Assembly: GCA_951406725.2 (NCBI GenBank)
Contig: OX597816.1
Location: forward strand, 4,030,001 to 4,094,000
Length of the DNA stretch: 64,000 nt
Reading direction: 5' to 3'
Origin: Octopus vulgaris
Taxonomy: Eukaryota
In this document: positions 15,658 through 29,434 of the stretch, one piece after another
Layout of the letters: each line of letters starts with the position of its first letter
Numbering within the stretch: the stretch's first letter is position 1
The notes under the pieces: generated by a model
The model's database searches: none
Told to the model about the DNA's origin: nothing
The model's input: only the letters and a program-made list of their open reading frames with translations
Position numbers and translations under genes: made by a program

Positions 15658-16201
15658 CCAATAACACTATACTTGTTCCCCGTCCTCGCGTTGTTGTGTT
15701 TTCTCTTTGTGTTTATATATATATATATATATGTAATTGATAAAAAGAAAACGGAAAAAAAAGACAACAAGACAACAAAAAGAAAACAACAACGCGAGGA
15801 CATGGTACATGCAAAGTATTATTAAGACGATTAGAGAAGGAAAGAAAGAGTGGTTGTTTAACATTTCGAGCTAAGCTCGTATTCGGAAACAGGAGATATA
15901 GGAAAGTCCCCCCCCCAAAAAAAAAAATCGCCAAGAACCCACGTGTAGTTAAAAATACATGCGCGCACACACACACACATAATCATCAATTTATTGTTGT
16001 ATTCGTTTGAATCAAGGTATTTTAACATTCAGAGTATCAGGAATTGTATGATTATAACACATGAGTGTTATATACTACATACAAATACATCCATACATGC
16101 ATGTATGGATGTATAGGGTCTTTTCGTGATGTAATCGAACGAGTTATCAATAAAAATGTGTTTGAAACAGTTGTAGTGTCTTTTTAATCCATCTACGTTC
16201 T

Positions 16202-16376
16202 TAGATCGTTAGCCACTACACACATTTTTTTCTCTCCTTGTTTTTTCTGTGTACCTTTCTGTAGAAGAGCGTAGGCTCGGAGCGTAAAAGACTTTTTCTA
16301 TTCCTGAGCGTTATACTTAAACATTTGTTTCTTTTGTACACCACCTGCCTTCGTCTTTTTATTTTTCGTAAACTCT

Positions 16377-16380
<4 letters not shown>
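16202..16380 (+). mobile_element. About 175-bp (TA)n-associated element with minimal hammerhead-like core (family A)
   Basis: Same two ends as the reverse copy at 60271-60444; core cttt-CTGTAGAA-GAGCgtagGCTC-GGAGCGTA-aaag (GAAA mutated). Confidence 0.7.
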
Positions 16381-16439
<59 letters not shown>

Positions 16440-16654
16440 CCATGGATCGAAGTGTAGGTAGAAAGTTAGACTGAAGCAATACGAAAATATAAAAAAGACT
16501 TTCAGGGAAAAAAGTGGTTTGTTGAGACGGAAGGCTGAGGAATTTTTTTGATATCGAACTACGATAAATTGAAGAAAAGTTCTTTTATATTTCCCGGTAG
16601 GCAACCAGGGTTGCCGGGTGTGTGAATAGTAATACAAGAGTTAAGGAATGGTGT

Positions 16655-16760
16655 AGATAAGATCCAGGTTACATATGTTTCATAGCGAGCGGAACCTCAG
16701 AAGTGGTAAATATCCGAGCGAGGTGTATACCGCTGGCTACTCTTCAGGCCAAGGTTATCT
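16655..16760 (-). ncRNA. Type I hammerhead ribozyme motif with long stem II
   Basis: Minus strand: CTGAAGA, stem II gtagccagcgg/ccgctcgctat (10 of 11 paired) plus inner acctc/gaggt, then GAAA-catatg-TA; distal stem I agataa/ttatct. Confidence 0.65.
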
Positions 16761-18439
16761 TGATTAAATGAAAGTTTACATCGTCGTAAGGAGGTAGAGG
16801 TTAACACAAAATCCAATCAGGATGTCACACACATACATCACACACATACTTCTACATACATATACATACATACATACATACATACATACATTCACACATA
16901 CACACACACATACATACATACATACATACATACATACATACATACATACATACATACATACATACATACATACATCATATATACATACACACAAACAAAC
17001 ACACACAAGCACGTGAGCACAAACACACATATCGATCCATTTTTACCTAAATGCATTCAGTAGATATATCTTGAATGAATTTGGTAATCGCAAATTTGTT
17101 CATTACTCTCTATTATAAAGGGCAAAACAAAATCTCCAAATTCTTTTATCCAAATTCTTTACTAATTCATTTGTGTTACGTGTAATTCGCACAGTATTTC
17201 CACCACAGTATTTTCATTCTTTTATAAATCTATGGAGTTATATACTAAGGCACTTAAAATCAAGTGATACTCTCCAAAATCTTATTATTAGAGTGAATCG
17301 TGATTTGTAAAGAGGAATTCACAAAACTATCAAATAATACCACTAGCGCTTATGCTAAACATTAATATATTATTCTAGATGTTTTAGAACATTTGTAAAT
17401 ATTTCATCTTGAAAACAATTTAGCAACATATAATTACAAATATCATAATGTTTACAATATCTTGTTTAATGATTGAATTATCAAGCATTCCATCCTCATA
17501 AGTTGCATCTCTATCTTTCGATAGTTCCTCCATTATGGGGGACACTATTTTGAAAAAAATATTTTCTTTAGTTTTTGATCCTATCTAATTAATTTGACAA
17601 TTATGTAGAAGAACTAGATTGTGTTTCCATAATATTTGCATAGGTTATACTACTCAAATATTAATATCACTTCTGTAAATCTAACGAATCACATGCATAT
17701 CAATAGTAAATATATATTTGTTTATTTCCCAGTTGAGTTAACAACCTGAAAAATGGTACAAAAGGTAAAGGAATATCTGTTTTGATACATGTGAAACGAG
17801 TTGCTGAAATATTATTTCCAATGAAAACTGTACCGACATGATGAAAGAGCATTTCTTTATTTTGAACTGTTTGTAATCTCACAAAACATGGTTTGTCAAT
17901 AGTAAAAACAGATTTTATTTCATCCGTTAATATAATATATACAACCCAGCATGTGATCTGTGCAGTTTTCTATTCTCTTAAACAGTCATATGAATATCGA
18001 AGATATGAAGTGAAATTATAGATTTATTTGCGTACAAGATTCTTTGAATAATTGTTTTATACGAATCCAAGTGCTTTCTGTTGGAATTCTTTAACAAAAT
18101 TATGTAAATCAACAAAGAGTTATTGTATTTGCATTCCATCTCAGTCATGAGCAGATATGTGTTGTGAATTCAATAAGAAATTTGCATGAAATTATGGTAA
18201 CGCACACGACAGCATGCAGCGAACGAGTTCGTACAATAAATTATACCAGTAGTTGGCGGCGGGGTGAGAATAAATCTGTTAAGTTTAAGTCTGTAATTGT
18301 AAGGACAATTTCACACGTACACGCGGTGCCCTGTGATAATTTCCTTTAATCTAAGTCACTTGTGTTTTGTCCCGTATAGAAGCGAAATCTAATCTGTTTA
18401 GCATGTTGAATACTATAAGAATATGTTACTATTGGTAAA

Positions 18440-19442
18440 GGGACAATTCGTCGACAGATAGTTGGCCGGCAGACACTTACAGACAGGACAATTGACCGAT
18501 TGGACAATTTGCCGAAAGGGCAATATTTCGACATTTTTAAAAACAACGTACAAATTACGAAAAAGGTTTTTTAAACTTACAAATAAAACAACTTATTTTT
18601 AAAAAAGATATTACCTACAATAGGCTGAAATAAAAAAAAGCACAAAAAGTTTTGTTAGTCTTGGAAATTGAAATTTTTTTTTAATGTTCTTATCGCTGCT
18701 TTAATTTTTCCTTAACTTTTGCAGCGGGATTTTCAATCGGCGTAGGAGGATGTATGGGTTCAGAAAGAGTTTTGCTAATTTCGTCCTCAATCGTTGTCAG
18801 TCTAGCGCTGCACAGTTTACGATTTGCGCATCTCTCATAAGTCTTTTCTTTACTAGTTCTATCAATTATATAGGTTTAGGCGCAGGAGTGGCTGTGTGGT
18901 AAGTAGCTTGCTAACCAGCCACATGGTTCCGGGTTCAGTCCCACTGCGTGACATCTTGGGCAAGTGTCTTCTGCTATAGCCCCGGGCCGACCAATGCCTT
19001 GTAAGTAGATTTGGTAGACGGAAACTGAAAGAAGCCTGTCGTATATATGTGTATATATATATATGTGTGTGTGTGTGTGTTTGTGTGTCTGTGTTTGTAT
19101 CCCTAGCATTGCTTGACAACCGATGCTGGTGTGTTTACGTCCCCGTCACTTAGCGGTTCGGAAAAGAGAGACCGATAGAATAAGTACTGGGCTTACAAAG
19201 AATAAGTCCCGGGGTCGATTTGCTCGACTAAAGGCGGTGCTCCAGCATGGCCGCAGTCAAATGACTAAAACAAGTAAAAGAGTAAAGAGTAAGAGAGTAC
19301 TCTGTATAGAAGCTTTCTCCCTCCTCGTCCCGTGTTGATGAACTCCATAATCGATACTTCCGCATGTCGACTTATTGTCCAGCCAGCCAATTGTCCGATG
19401 GGCGAATTGCCTGTCGGCGAATTGTCTGTCGACGAATTGTCT
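18440..19442. mobile_element. Degraded DNA transposon with inverted ends built of about 15-bp subterminal repeats
   Basis: ggacaattcgtcgacaga... at 18441 mirrors ...tctgtcgacgaattgtct at about 19425-19442; repeated GACAATTCGCCGACA-like units; CORE-SINE nested inside. Confidence 0.6.
18878..19295 (+). mobile_element. Full-length CORE-domain tRNA SINE
   Basis: Head ggcgcaggagtggctgtgtggtaag...gggttcagtccc, CORE-like cttgggcaagtgtc, internal (TA)n(TG)n, 3' (aagagt)n tail. Confidence 0.85.
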
Positions 19443-19473
19443 GCATACAGTTACAATTAGAGCTTATATTTTA

Positions 19474-19702
19474 TAACCCATTAAGTCCCACTGTCCTATA
19501 AATAGGACACTAAATGAGAGCATTAAAAAAGCTATATCACATTATCTTAGTGTCCTGTTTATAGGACACCAAGTATTTCCATTTGTACTTAAAGTAAAAG
19601 AGTTTTAATAATTATTTTTTTCATTTTAACCTATTTTCAACCATCTGTAAAACTTTAAAAGTAATATTCAGAACTTTAAGTACTCTGGGACTTAACAGGT
19701 TA
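19474..19702. mobile_element. piggyBac-like MITE
   Basis: Ends taacccattaagtccca / tgggacttaacaggtta; internal inverted tgtcctataaataggacactaa / ttagtgtcctgtttataggaca. Confidence 0.55.
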
Positions 19703-19949
19703 CACAAGCATGAAAAATGTAAACTATTAACTTTTCCTCAATACCTATAAAACAGTTTTAAATTAATATGTATGGAATAGTTATTATTTTTAACAATTAA
19801 CCATGAGAATAAAATGAATGATGTACATATTTGTCTAAGGAGGACGTCAATATTTTTCTGGCGTTGTGCATTCATTATACACACGATTCTTTAAGGTAAG
19901 TTGACCTTCAGATTGCGATACTGCGATATAAATACACACATGCACACCG

Positions 19950-20002
<53 letters not shown>

Positions 20003-20828
20003 CACACACATATGCACACATATGCACACACGCACATATCTTACAATTTTCGTTTTTATATGTTTCAGTTATTGGACCGTGGCCATGATGGAACACCGCC
20101 TTGAAGGGCCTCGCCGAATAAATCGATCACAGTAGTTATTTTGTAAGCCTGGCACATATTCTATTGATCTCTTTTGCCGAACCACAAGAGCGTAAGCAAA
20201 CCAACACTGGTTGTCAGTCACAGTTGATAACAAACGCATACACAAAAAATCAAACATAGCTATACAGTCAATATATATATATATATATATATACACCTAT
20301 ATACATATAGATATGTAAACTATATGTTACATATATATAAATATATGTATATATGAATAAGTATATATATTATTGTTATATTTCGGAATGGTCATTTTGC
20401 CAGTTTAGCCAATAAAATATTTAAACGTACTATATATATATTATCTCTCTCTCTCTCTCCCTCTCTCTCTCTTTATATATATATACATATATATATATAT
20501 ATGTATATATATGGTTTTGACCTAGCAGTTATGCACATATTTGTAATGTGATTAACTCAGTGCTAGAGTACCGAGAGCGAAGCTAACTTTTGTTTCTGTA
20601 TTAGGTTTCGCTACGGAACATAGATGACTGCTGAATCAGTCTGTGGAAGAAAGAACTGCATAGTTTTAAGCCATTTTAGATCCGATTCCGTATATTAATC
20701 GGTTGTTCCTTGTTCCTTGTAGCAAGTAGTAACGCTTTTTTTGTTTGTCTTCTCTTTATTCCTGATAATATTTTTAAAGTTACATCACTGCAAGACGTAT
20801 CGTATGTCGCAGGCGACGGTATACTCAC

Positions 20829-21060
20829 CCAAAAGTAACTGACATCAAAGCCTTCAAATCGCAAATGATTCTTCCCAACTCTGTGTAGTAAATCCAACAA
20901 AAGGTCAACATTATCGATGTTGTTGATGGCTTCATCAAGCAAATTCATTACCATTGTGGCATGTTTCTCCAGGGCCACATTTTCGCGCATTTCATCGTCT
21001 GTTACAAGGTTTCGAAACTCCTTGAACATTTCTTTCAAATAAGGTTCGGAGCGGAACATC
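20829..21060 (-). CDS. Internal coding exon of a globin gene (neuroglobin/globin-X-like), helices B12 to G6
   Basis: Translates MFRSEPYLKEMFKEFRNLVTDDEMRENVALEKHATMVMNLLDEAINNIDNVDLLLDLLHRVGKNHLRFEGFDVSYFW, with CD1 Phe, distal E7 His (EKHA) and proximal F8 His (KNHL). On the minus strand the acceptor is tttttcttttgtccacag|G (phase 2) and the donor is TGG|GTGAGT (phase 0), matching the conserved globin introns B12.2 and G7.0. Length 232 = 1 + 77 codons. Confidence 0.93.
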
Positions 21061-21314
21061 CTGTGGACAAAAGAAAAAATATATATTAAGAGGATTGAGA
21101 TTATAGAAATAACATTGTTTGAAAACTACTCAAAATTCAAATATTTTGTCGATCTATATAGAAATGTTATTTTATCTTTCGTAAATTACATCGTTCTATT
21201 TTCAGAAATTCGATAAAAGATAGCCAGAGGAGAGGTAAGTTCCAGTGAGATTTAAATAATGAAGACGTTACAGGAATTCAATGCGTATATAGAAATATTC
21301 CCACGGTTAATACT

Positions 21315-21755
21315 GGCTTCAAATTTTGGTACAAGGCCAGCAATTTCGAGGTAGGAATTAATTCGAATTAATTCTACCCCCAGTCCTCAACTGGTACTTA
21401 TTTTGTCGACCTCGGTCGAATTTGAGCAAAACATGTAAAAACAGACGCAATGCCGCTAAGCATTCTGTCCGGCTTGTTAACGATTCCACCAGCTGGCCGC
21501 CCGATTCTTAGATTAATATTCCAAAGATATATAAGGTCAAGGCGGTGAGCTGGCAGAAACGTTAGCACGCCGGGTGAAATGCGTAGCCGTATTTCGTCTG
21601 CCGTTATTTTCTGAGTTCAAATTCCGCCGAGATCGACTTTACTTTTCGTTCGTTTGGTTTTCATAAAATATGTAATAGCTGATCGCTAGTGTCGGTGTAA
21701 TAGTCTTAGTCCCTTCCCTGTAATAACTGGCCCTCTGCCAAAATTTGAAAGCAAT
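21315..21755. mobile_element. Two divergently oriented Nin/Deu-domain SINE copies
   Basis: Minus copy at about 21315-21502, plus copy at about 21540-21755 (ggcggtgagctggcagaaacgttagc...). Confidence 0.7.
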
Positions 21756-23199
21756 ATTCCAAAGACATTAAAATTCAAAGATATGTTATCAAAAGTTTGA
21801 TGTGATGCGCTTGTCTCGATGATTTCAACTTTATAATACCTCGGCTGGAAAGGCGTGATTTAGCATATATTTATAATACATCAGCTGTCACACGAACACT
21901 GAAGTCCATGCTAAAAGCATGAATATTTTAAAGATTTCTACTTTTCTTATAGAAAATGGTTAATTAATTAACTTCTCGTGTATAGATTTATGGTCGAATG
22001 TTAAAGATATGCAATATATTAAAAGATTTATTGCTTTATTAAAACCACAACTTTGGCGGGGAATAACTATTGTGAGAAAAGCATGTTCTGATGAGAGAAC
22101 ACCAATATGATTGGACCTGATTGAGATCAATTTCCTTCGGCTACAGAAAATTCCTTATACAGTTAGAATTAAACAACAACAACAACAACAACTACCAAAT
22201 AAATGAGATTATTTAATTAGGAACAATAAAAATTAAACATTTTACTTTCCATGTTTTATTATTTTGGTGAGAGGTAAAAGTATGCAATTAGTTCAGTTAA
22301 AGACTGGAAATAATTGCATTTTTCTCAGACCGCAGCCAGCATAAAATCGTTACGGTTTACTTCTAAATAACTCTCACCTGTTAGTTTTAAATATAGTGAT
22401 TAAACTTAATTAATTGATATGCTAAAGTAATTCTTTGGAGATTCAAAGAAGTCATGATAAAAAAATTTCTACATTCAAAACTTAAAGCATGTAGCTATTT
22501 GAATAATGTTTTTTTTTTATTTTTTAAGTTAGGCACATGGTCAGTAAACTGAGGTTAGGGGCCTAATCAATATCATCAAACCTGGTAGATGACTGGTAGT
22601 ATTTTATCAATCCCGGAAGGAAGGCAAAATTTGATTCGAATTCAGCGTCAAGATTCGAATCATATGTCGCAAAGCATTTTTTCCGACACTGATAATTCTA
22701 CCAGCTTGGTGCTGTAAAACTATTCGAAAATATTTTTGGTGCATCCTGAGAAGAGGGTATTATTTCAATAATAAATACACGCACTATTTCCATACCACGT
22801 CTTCTAGATCGAGTTATTAGCCTGATCTTGAGACAGCAGAACATGATATTTTTCAGCCTCTGAGCTTGAGCTAGAATTTAGAATATTCTGTTTTGAATTT
22901 TGGTTTCCAGGATATTTTGTGTGAACGTTTGTGCATTAGAATCAGTACACGGGTTTATTATTGGCAGGATGACCCACACGAGATAAAACAAAATACGTTT
23001 CAACTCATGAGTTCACATCAAGAATCTCGCAAACGAAATGCACAAACGAAATATTCGAAAGTGGCAGAGAGTAAAAGGTAAACTACAACTGAAATCTATT
23101 GGTAGGGTTTCGATTCACACTCGCGTCTTGCAATGCCTTCATATTAAAAAGTTCAATATAAACATCACAAAACGGCAGTCATCTTACTTTCTCTTTCTA

Positions 23200-23599
23200 C
23201 TCTTTTACTGGTTTCAGTCATTTGACTGCGACCATGCTGGGGCACCACCTTTAATCGAGCAACTCAACCCCAGGACTTATTCATTGTAAGCCCAGTACTT
23301 ATTCTATCGGTCTTTTTTGCCGAACCGCTAAGTGACGGGGACGTAAACACACCAGCATCGGTTGTCAAGCAATGCTAGGGGACGAACACAAACATACACG
23401 CAAACACACACATACATATATATATATACATATATACGACGGGCTTCTTTCAGTTTCCGTCTACCAAATCCACTCACGAGGCATTGGTCGGCCCGGGGCT
23501 ATAGTAGAAGACACTTGCCCAAGATGCCACGCAGTGGGACTGAACCCGGAACCATGTGGTTGATAAGCAAGCTACTTACCACACAGCCACTCCTGCGCC
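23200..23599 (-). mobile_element. Full-length CORE-domain tRNA SINE
   Basis: Near reverse complement of 18878-19295. Confidence 0.85.
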
Positions 23600-26356
23600 T
23601 GTACATCATTTCAAACATTCTACACCCCCACACACATACGTATGTATATATGTATATGTATGTATGTGTGTGTGTGTGTGTGGGAGGGGTTCATATCCAA
23701 AATTATTATTATCATTATAATTTTGTTTATCTGTAACTAAGCTCTGAATAGACTGAGCTATACGCAAAGACAATCCGGCAATGACGATTCCATCTTTGTG
23801 TATTTTTAAGACTATATTACCAACATATGTTCTTCTTAAGCTTGTAGCTTTGAATGCATTTAGCTGATTATTCTAATAGGTCAGCTGACTATTAACAGCA
23901 ACATTTTTTGGCATTACATTATGGTTGTTACTAATGACGTGTGTTCAAATGTAGAATTAAAATCTTGGGAAACTGAAACAGTGACAATTTTAGTTCCAGA
24001 GTAAGTAATAAACGCCCCCAGAAAATATATAACCATCATATTTTACATTATCTAATCTATATCATATGCATGATGGCGTAATAATGATTTACTGATAATA
24101 ATATATTTACTCATTAATTCACCGCTCTACATTCATGAAAATATAATTGTCACGCGTGACTGAATATTGCAAATGGCTGGATAAGTTAATAGACTCTTCG
24201 CAAATCGTTTATAAATTTATATTCAATGGTGGTGTGTGTTTCGATGGCGTTTATTAATGCCTTGTATTAGCTTTGTTAACTGCTGGGAGTACGTACGCTT
24301 CATCTGTAAATGTTAACTTTGATAGGAACAGCCTTGGTAGACATGCAAAATTTATGCTTATTCCATGTGTTTCGTGTTAAGCGAAATTAAGAAATTGCTT
24401 CCAAATGCCATTTTGAGTCCTTGAAGAGTTTCCTTATTTACCTAAAGAACGTTTTCTCTTCAAGTAGTTTGATAAAGCTAAGTACTATTATGACTACAAT
24501 TTATGATAAGAATTCGTGTGTCGCAGGGTTTAGTAAGCGAAATGATATGAAATGCTCTATTAATATTTAATGAACTTCTCTTTATAGACCGTTTTCTCTT
24601 GTAATTGTCAAAATGAAATTAAATCACTATATCTGTCAGTTGTTGTTTGATGTAAATAGTGAAAAAGCAATTCTGAGCGAACAAACACGTCGAATAACAA
24701 TATTAACGAAAGGCAGAGAGACAGAGAGACGAAGCAGATTAATATGACAAAAAAAAAAAAAAAGATTACAATTGTTGTATATTTTAGCTTAACGTGACTA
24801 ATATTCCGAAAGAAATGAAATACAATCGTGATAATAGTAATTAATAAGAAAGAGAGCAACAAGGATTTCTTCCTTTTTTTGTTATCATGAAATCTGCGAA
24901 CAAATGAGAAGATATTCCAAATGCTAGTGACAATGCAGATAGAAACAAGAAGCTTAGCAATTTTCTGGTTACTATGGATACACAGTAATGCTTCATTATC
25001 ATAGTCTGGCATTCTTTAGTTTTCCAGTAGACATTTAATAAAGCTGTATAAGCCAACAGCACCAGAGTAACACTCTATATCTTCCTCTCTCTCTATATAT
25101 ATATACATATATATATATATGTGGGTGTGAGTGTGAGGTTATGTGTGTTTGTATGTATGTGTTTGCAAGTAAATGTGTATGCGTGTGACATGCACAAGCA
25201 CATTTCTATATGTAAAGAATGAAAAAGAAAAACGATTTTGAGAGAAATTAAAGAAACTGTGGAGAACGAAGTATAAAATAAGAGATAGATAGGAATGTGT
25301 GCGTGTGTGTCTGTGTGTGTGCGTGTGTGTCTGTGTGTTTTGCATACACATACATATGCATAAATTCATTTACTTTATTTTATTTGTAGTTTCATTGAAC
25401 TGAGGTGCGTGCTGGGGGTATTGTCTTCAAGGGATTTGTCAATCATATTGATCAGAGGACTTAAGCCTCGTATTAATATATCGATAGTTTTTTTATCGAA
25501 TGGTTAAAAATAGGTTGATGAAAAAAAGCCGCAACTAGGTTCACTATTTACTCTCTTTCTCTATCACGTGCGCGCACAAATACACACATACACATACACG
25601 CCCATACATATATTACATGCATACAGACATACATTCTTGCATAATACATACATATATGTATTTGTAAATATGTATATAAATCGCTGTATCAAAGTATCGA
25701 CCAGAGCATCAGATGATGTTATACATCGCTGTTCACAATGCACTTCCGAACGAAACAGTTTCCAGAGCTGAATTATCAAAATCGCAACGTATTCCTCTCA
25801 ACACATGCCTATGATGCTCCCACCCCCACTACTTCTGCTCGTGATCAGTATAGAATTATCCAAAATCCTGATTGCCGCCATTTTCTTAGTATACAAATAT
25901 CTGTACATCACTTCAAACATTCTACACCCACCACACGTATGTATATATATGTGTGTATGTGTGTGTGTGTGTGTGGTGGTGGGGGGTCATAACAAAAATA
26001 AATCTGTGGTATTGAGCAGAATATGTGCTGTAGACCATCTTTTAAAAACTCTGCTTTGACTCCTGAGCTTCTCAGCCATTCATTGGGATTTTACTTTGTA
26101 TATTTCTTTTCTTTTTTGCTTATTCTAATGTTTACCACGAAAGGGCTTTTCTTGACATCGCTTCATCATGATACCATGTTGCTCCGGTTTTCGTTTGGAT
26201 TTCAGTTCTTTTACAGTTTTTATTTGTTTTTTTCTTTTTCTTCATACTTGTTAGGTGCTATGGACTTCGTTTTGGTATTTGTCAGATTCCTTATCGGCAG
26301 AAAACAGTTTTTTTTTGTTCGTGTTGTTGTGATCATTATTAATATTTTCATCATCC

Positions 26357-26396
<40 letters not shown>

Positions 26397-26461
26397 AATC
26401 ATCATCATCGTCGTCGTCATCATCATCATCATCATCATCATCATAATCATCATTATTATTT

Positions 26462-26849
26462 TTAGTGAGTGAGAGAGAAGTGCATACCATCAAGTTCACA
26501 CTGGGGTAAGATATACGAAGCCTAAAATACCTGTCATGACTACCCGTCTGATACGGGTGCACAGGCACATGCATCACAACCACATGTGCGCAACATAGCT
26601 TTTCATAAACAGTGCATGGCCTTGCATGTGTTGAGACAGACCTTATTCAAGGACCTCGTGATCGGGATGGGCTACTCGACCTCAAGAAAAATCTAACTGG
26701 GCCCCACCTGCAAGGTTTATGAGATCGCTATGTTGTGCGCATGTGGTTGTGATGCATATGTCTGGTGTACTCGTATCAGATGGGTATACTAGGCTTTGTA
26801 TATCTTACCCCAGTGTGAACTTGATGGTATGCATATCTCTGTCACTCAC

Positions 26850-26852
<3 letters not shown>
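26462..26852. repeat. Inverted duplication of an element end between (ATT)n and (AAT)n tracts
   Basis: ttagtgagtgagagagaagtgcataccatcaagttcacactggggtaag... is mirrored by ...cttaccccagtgtgaacttgatggtatgcatatctctgtcactcactaa. Confidence 0.8.
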
Positions 26853-26881
<29 letters not shown>

Positions 26882-27295
26882 TAATAATAATAATAATAAT
26901 CATTATCATTATCGATAATGATTATGATGATGATGATGGTGGTGATGGTGGTGGTGATGATGATGATGATGATGGTAATGATAATATTCTTCTTCTGCTC
27001 CTGCTCCTGCTCCTTCTTCTTCTTCTTCTTCTTCTTCTTCTTCTATTTTATTATTGCTGAGGGCAGGGAGCTGGCAGAATCGTTAGCACGCCGGAAAAAT
27101 ACCTTAGAAGCATTTCGACCGTATTTACGTTGTGATTTCATATTCTGCCGAGGCTGACTTTGCCATTCATCCATTCTGTAATCGACTATCCCCCATCCCC
27201 AAATTTCAGCCCATGTGCCTATAGTAGAAAGGATTGTTATTATAATAATAAAAATCATAATAATAATAATAATAATTATTATTATTATTATTATT

Positions 27296-27741
27296 CAGTA
27301 GTTTTATTTTTATAGCGTGCTTTCACTTCACTACCGAGCGCAGCTCTGTGTGCCTTGGGTATGTGCTGTGATTTGTTGTGGTGCTCTGCTGGTTACTGTA
27401 TTGAAAGTGTTCTGCGTAGGATGTGTGCAGTGCCCAGTAGTGCAATTTTCTGTATGTTATATGTGTTTGTAAGTCCTGGTGTTTTTGTTAGGTATTTTTC
27501 TGAATTTTTTTTATCATGCCTGTGATAGGAATTGTTTCTGTTTTTAGATACCACATTCGAGTTACCTCTATTTCCATGTCTTTGTATTTTGAAAATTTCT
27601 CCATTTCTGTTAGAGACACGTTGTCGTTTGCTGGTATTGATACATCAATTAGAAAGCATATTTTTTTTCATGATCTCTGACAACTATATCTGGCCTATTG
27701 GCCTTAATTTCTCTATCTGTGTGTATTGGCATATCCCAGAT
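27296..27741 (-). mobile_element. 3' fragment of an RLE-type (R4/Dong/NeSL-like) LINE, copy 1
   Basis: Minus strand encodes LWDMPIHTDREIKANRPDIVVRDH...LIDVSIP...KYKD...QKIALLGTAHILR, a restriction-like endonuclease domain. Confidence 0.85.
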
Positions 27742-27759
27742 TATTACTATTATTATTAC

Positions 27760-27884
<125 letters not shown>

Positions 27885-27900
27885 GTATTGTTATTATTTT

Positions 27901-28340
27901 TCAGTAGTTTTATTTTTACAGCGTGCTTTCACTTCACTACCGAGCGCAGCTCTGTGTGCCTTAGGTATGTGCTGTGATTTGTTGTGATGCTCTGATGGTT
28001 ATTGTATGGAAAGTGTTCTGCGTAGGATGTGTGCAGTGCCTAGTAGTGCAATTTTCTGTATGTTATATGTGTTTGTAAGTCCTGGTGTTTTTGTTATGTA
28101 TTAGTCTGAATATTTTTTTATCATGCCTAATGCACCTACTATGATAGGAATTGTTTCTGTTTTTAGATTCCACATTCTGGTTACCTCTATTTCCATGTCT
28201 TTGTATTTTGAAAGTTTCTCCATTTCTTTTAGAGACACGTTGTCGTTTGCTGGTATTGATACATCAATTAGAAAGCATATTTTTTTTCATGATCTCTGAC
28301 AACTATATCTGGCCTATTGGCCTTAATTTCTCTATCTGTG
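27901..28340 (-). mobile_element. 3' fragment of an RLE-type LINE, copy 2
   Basis: Same fragment and same endpoints as 27296-27741; retains IIVGALGMIKK. Confidence 0.85.
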
Positions 28341-28390
28341 TGTATTGGCATATCCCAGAGTATTACTATTATTATTATTATTATTATTAT

Positions 28391-28452
<62 letters not shown>

Positions 28453-28459
28453 TCACCAC

Positions 28460-28495
<36 letters not shown>

Positions 28496-29185
28496 CATCA
28501 TTATTATTATTGCCGTTGCATTGATGCTATAAAGGCTCCCATCATTGTTAGTAAAAACAATTAATTTCATTCTCTTGTTCGCAACATCTCTTTACCTACC
28601 GACATTAAACTGTTCGCCATTAAAGCTCTTTTCTTTCTAGAAAAGCTATTCAAACTCCACAACAATTACACGCTCTTTATATCTTCCTGTGACAGTTTAA
28701 TTTCAGCTTCCAGTCTGTTTTACTACTTACCCAATACTTCTTTTATTTATCTCACAAGTAGACGGCACAATTTAGTTCACCTTATTCTACTGTATCTCTT
28801 TATTTCCGTGTTTCGAGAAACCTACTTTTCCATTTCTATACATATTCTAATGTTATCTTACAGCGTATGTTATTATTTGACAAATACCTACATTGATTTA
28901 TGGCATTATTTCCCAATCAGCACATTCGCTGTTTTATGGCTGTTAACGAAGCACCTTTACAGGTGTGTATTTTCTGGCGGTGTGTGATTTTTTTTTCTGT
29001 GCACCTCTTTTATTCAGCTAGTTGTGTGTATATGTGCGAGCGGATGTGTATGTATACGTGTGAGTATACATGTGTGTATGTATATATATATATATATATG
29101 CATGTGTTAGTGTGTTTAGATATCAGTTTGAGAGTGTTACTTCGTTCATGTGTGTGTGCATGATTGCATGATTGTATGGGTGTAT

Positions 29186-29236
<51 letters not shown>

Positions 29237-29255
29237 CGCACACACACACACACAT

Positions 29256-29350
<95 letters not shown>

Positions 29351-29434
29351 CATGCATGTGTTAGTGTGTGTAGGTATCTGTTTGTGAGTGTTACTGCGTT
29401 CACGTGTGTGTATGATTGTATCACTGATTGGGTG

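Noticed and set aside
20595-20645. Weak hammerhead-like strings here and near 54060-54095 (minus strand)
   Set aside because: Core nucleotides and stems too degraded to support a call.
20676-20828. C-terminal extension of the 127-aa globin ORF (VSIPSPATY...)
   Set aside because: Read-through past a strong GTGAGT donor at G7.0; no globin G/H-helix similarity, so intronic.
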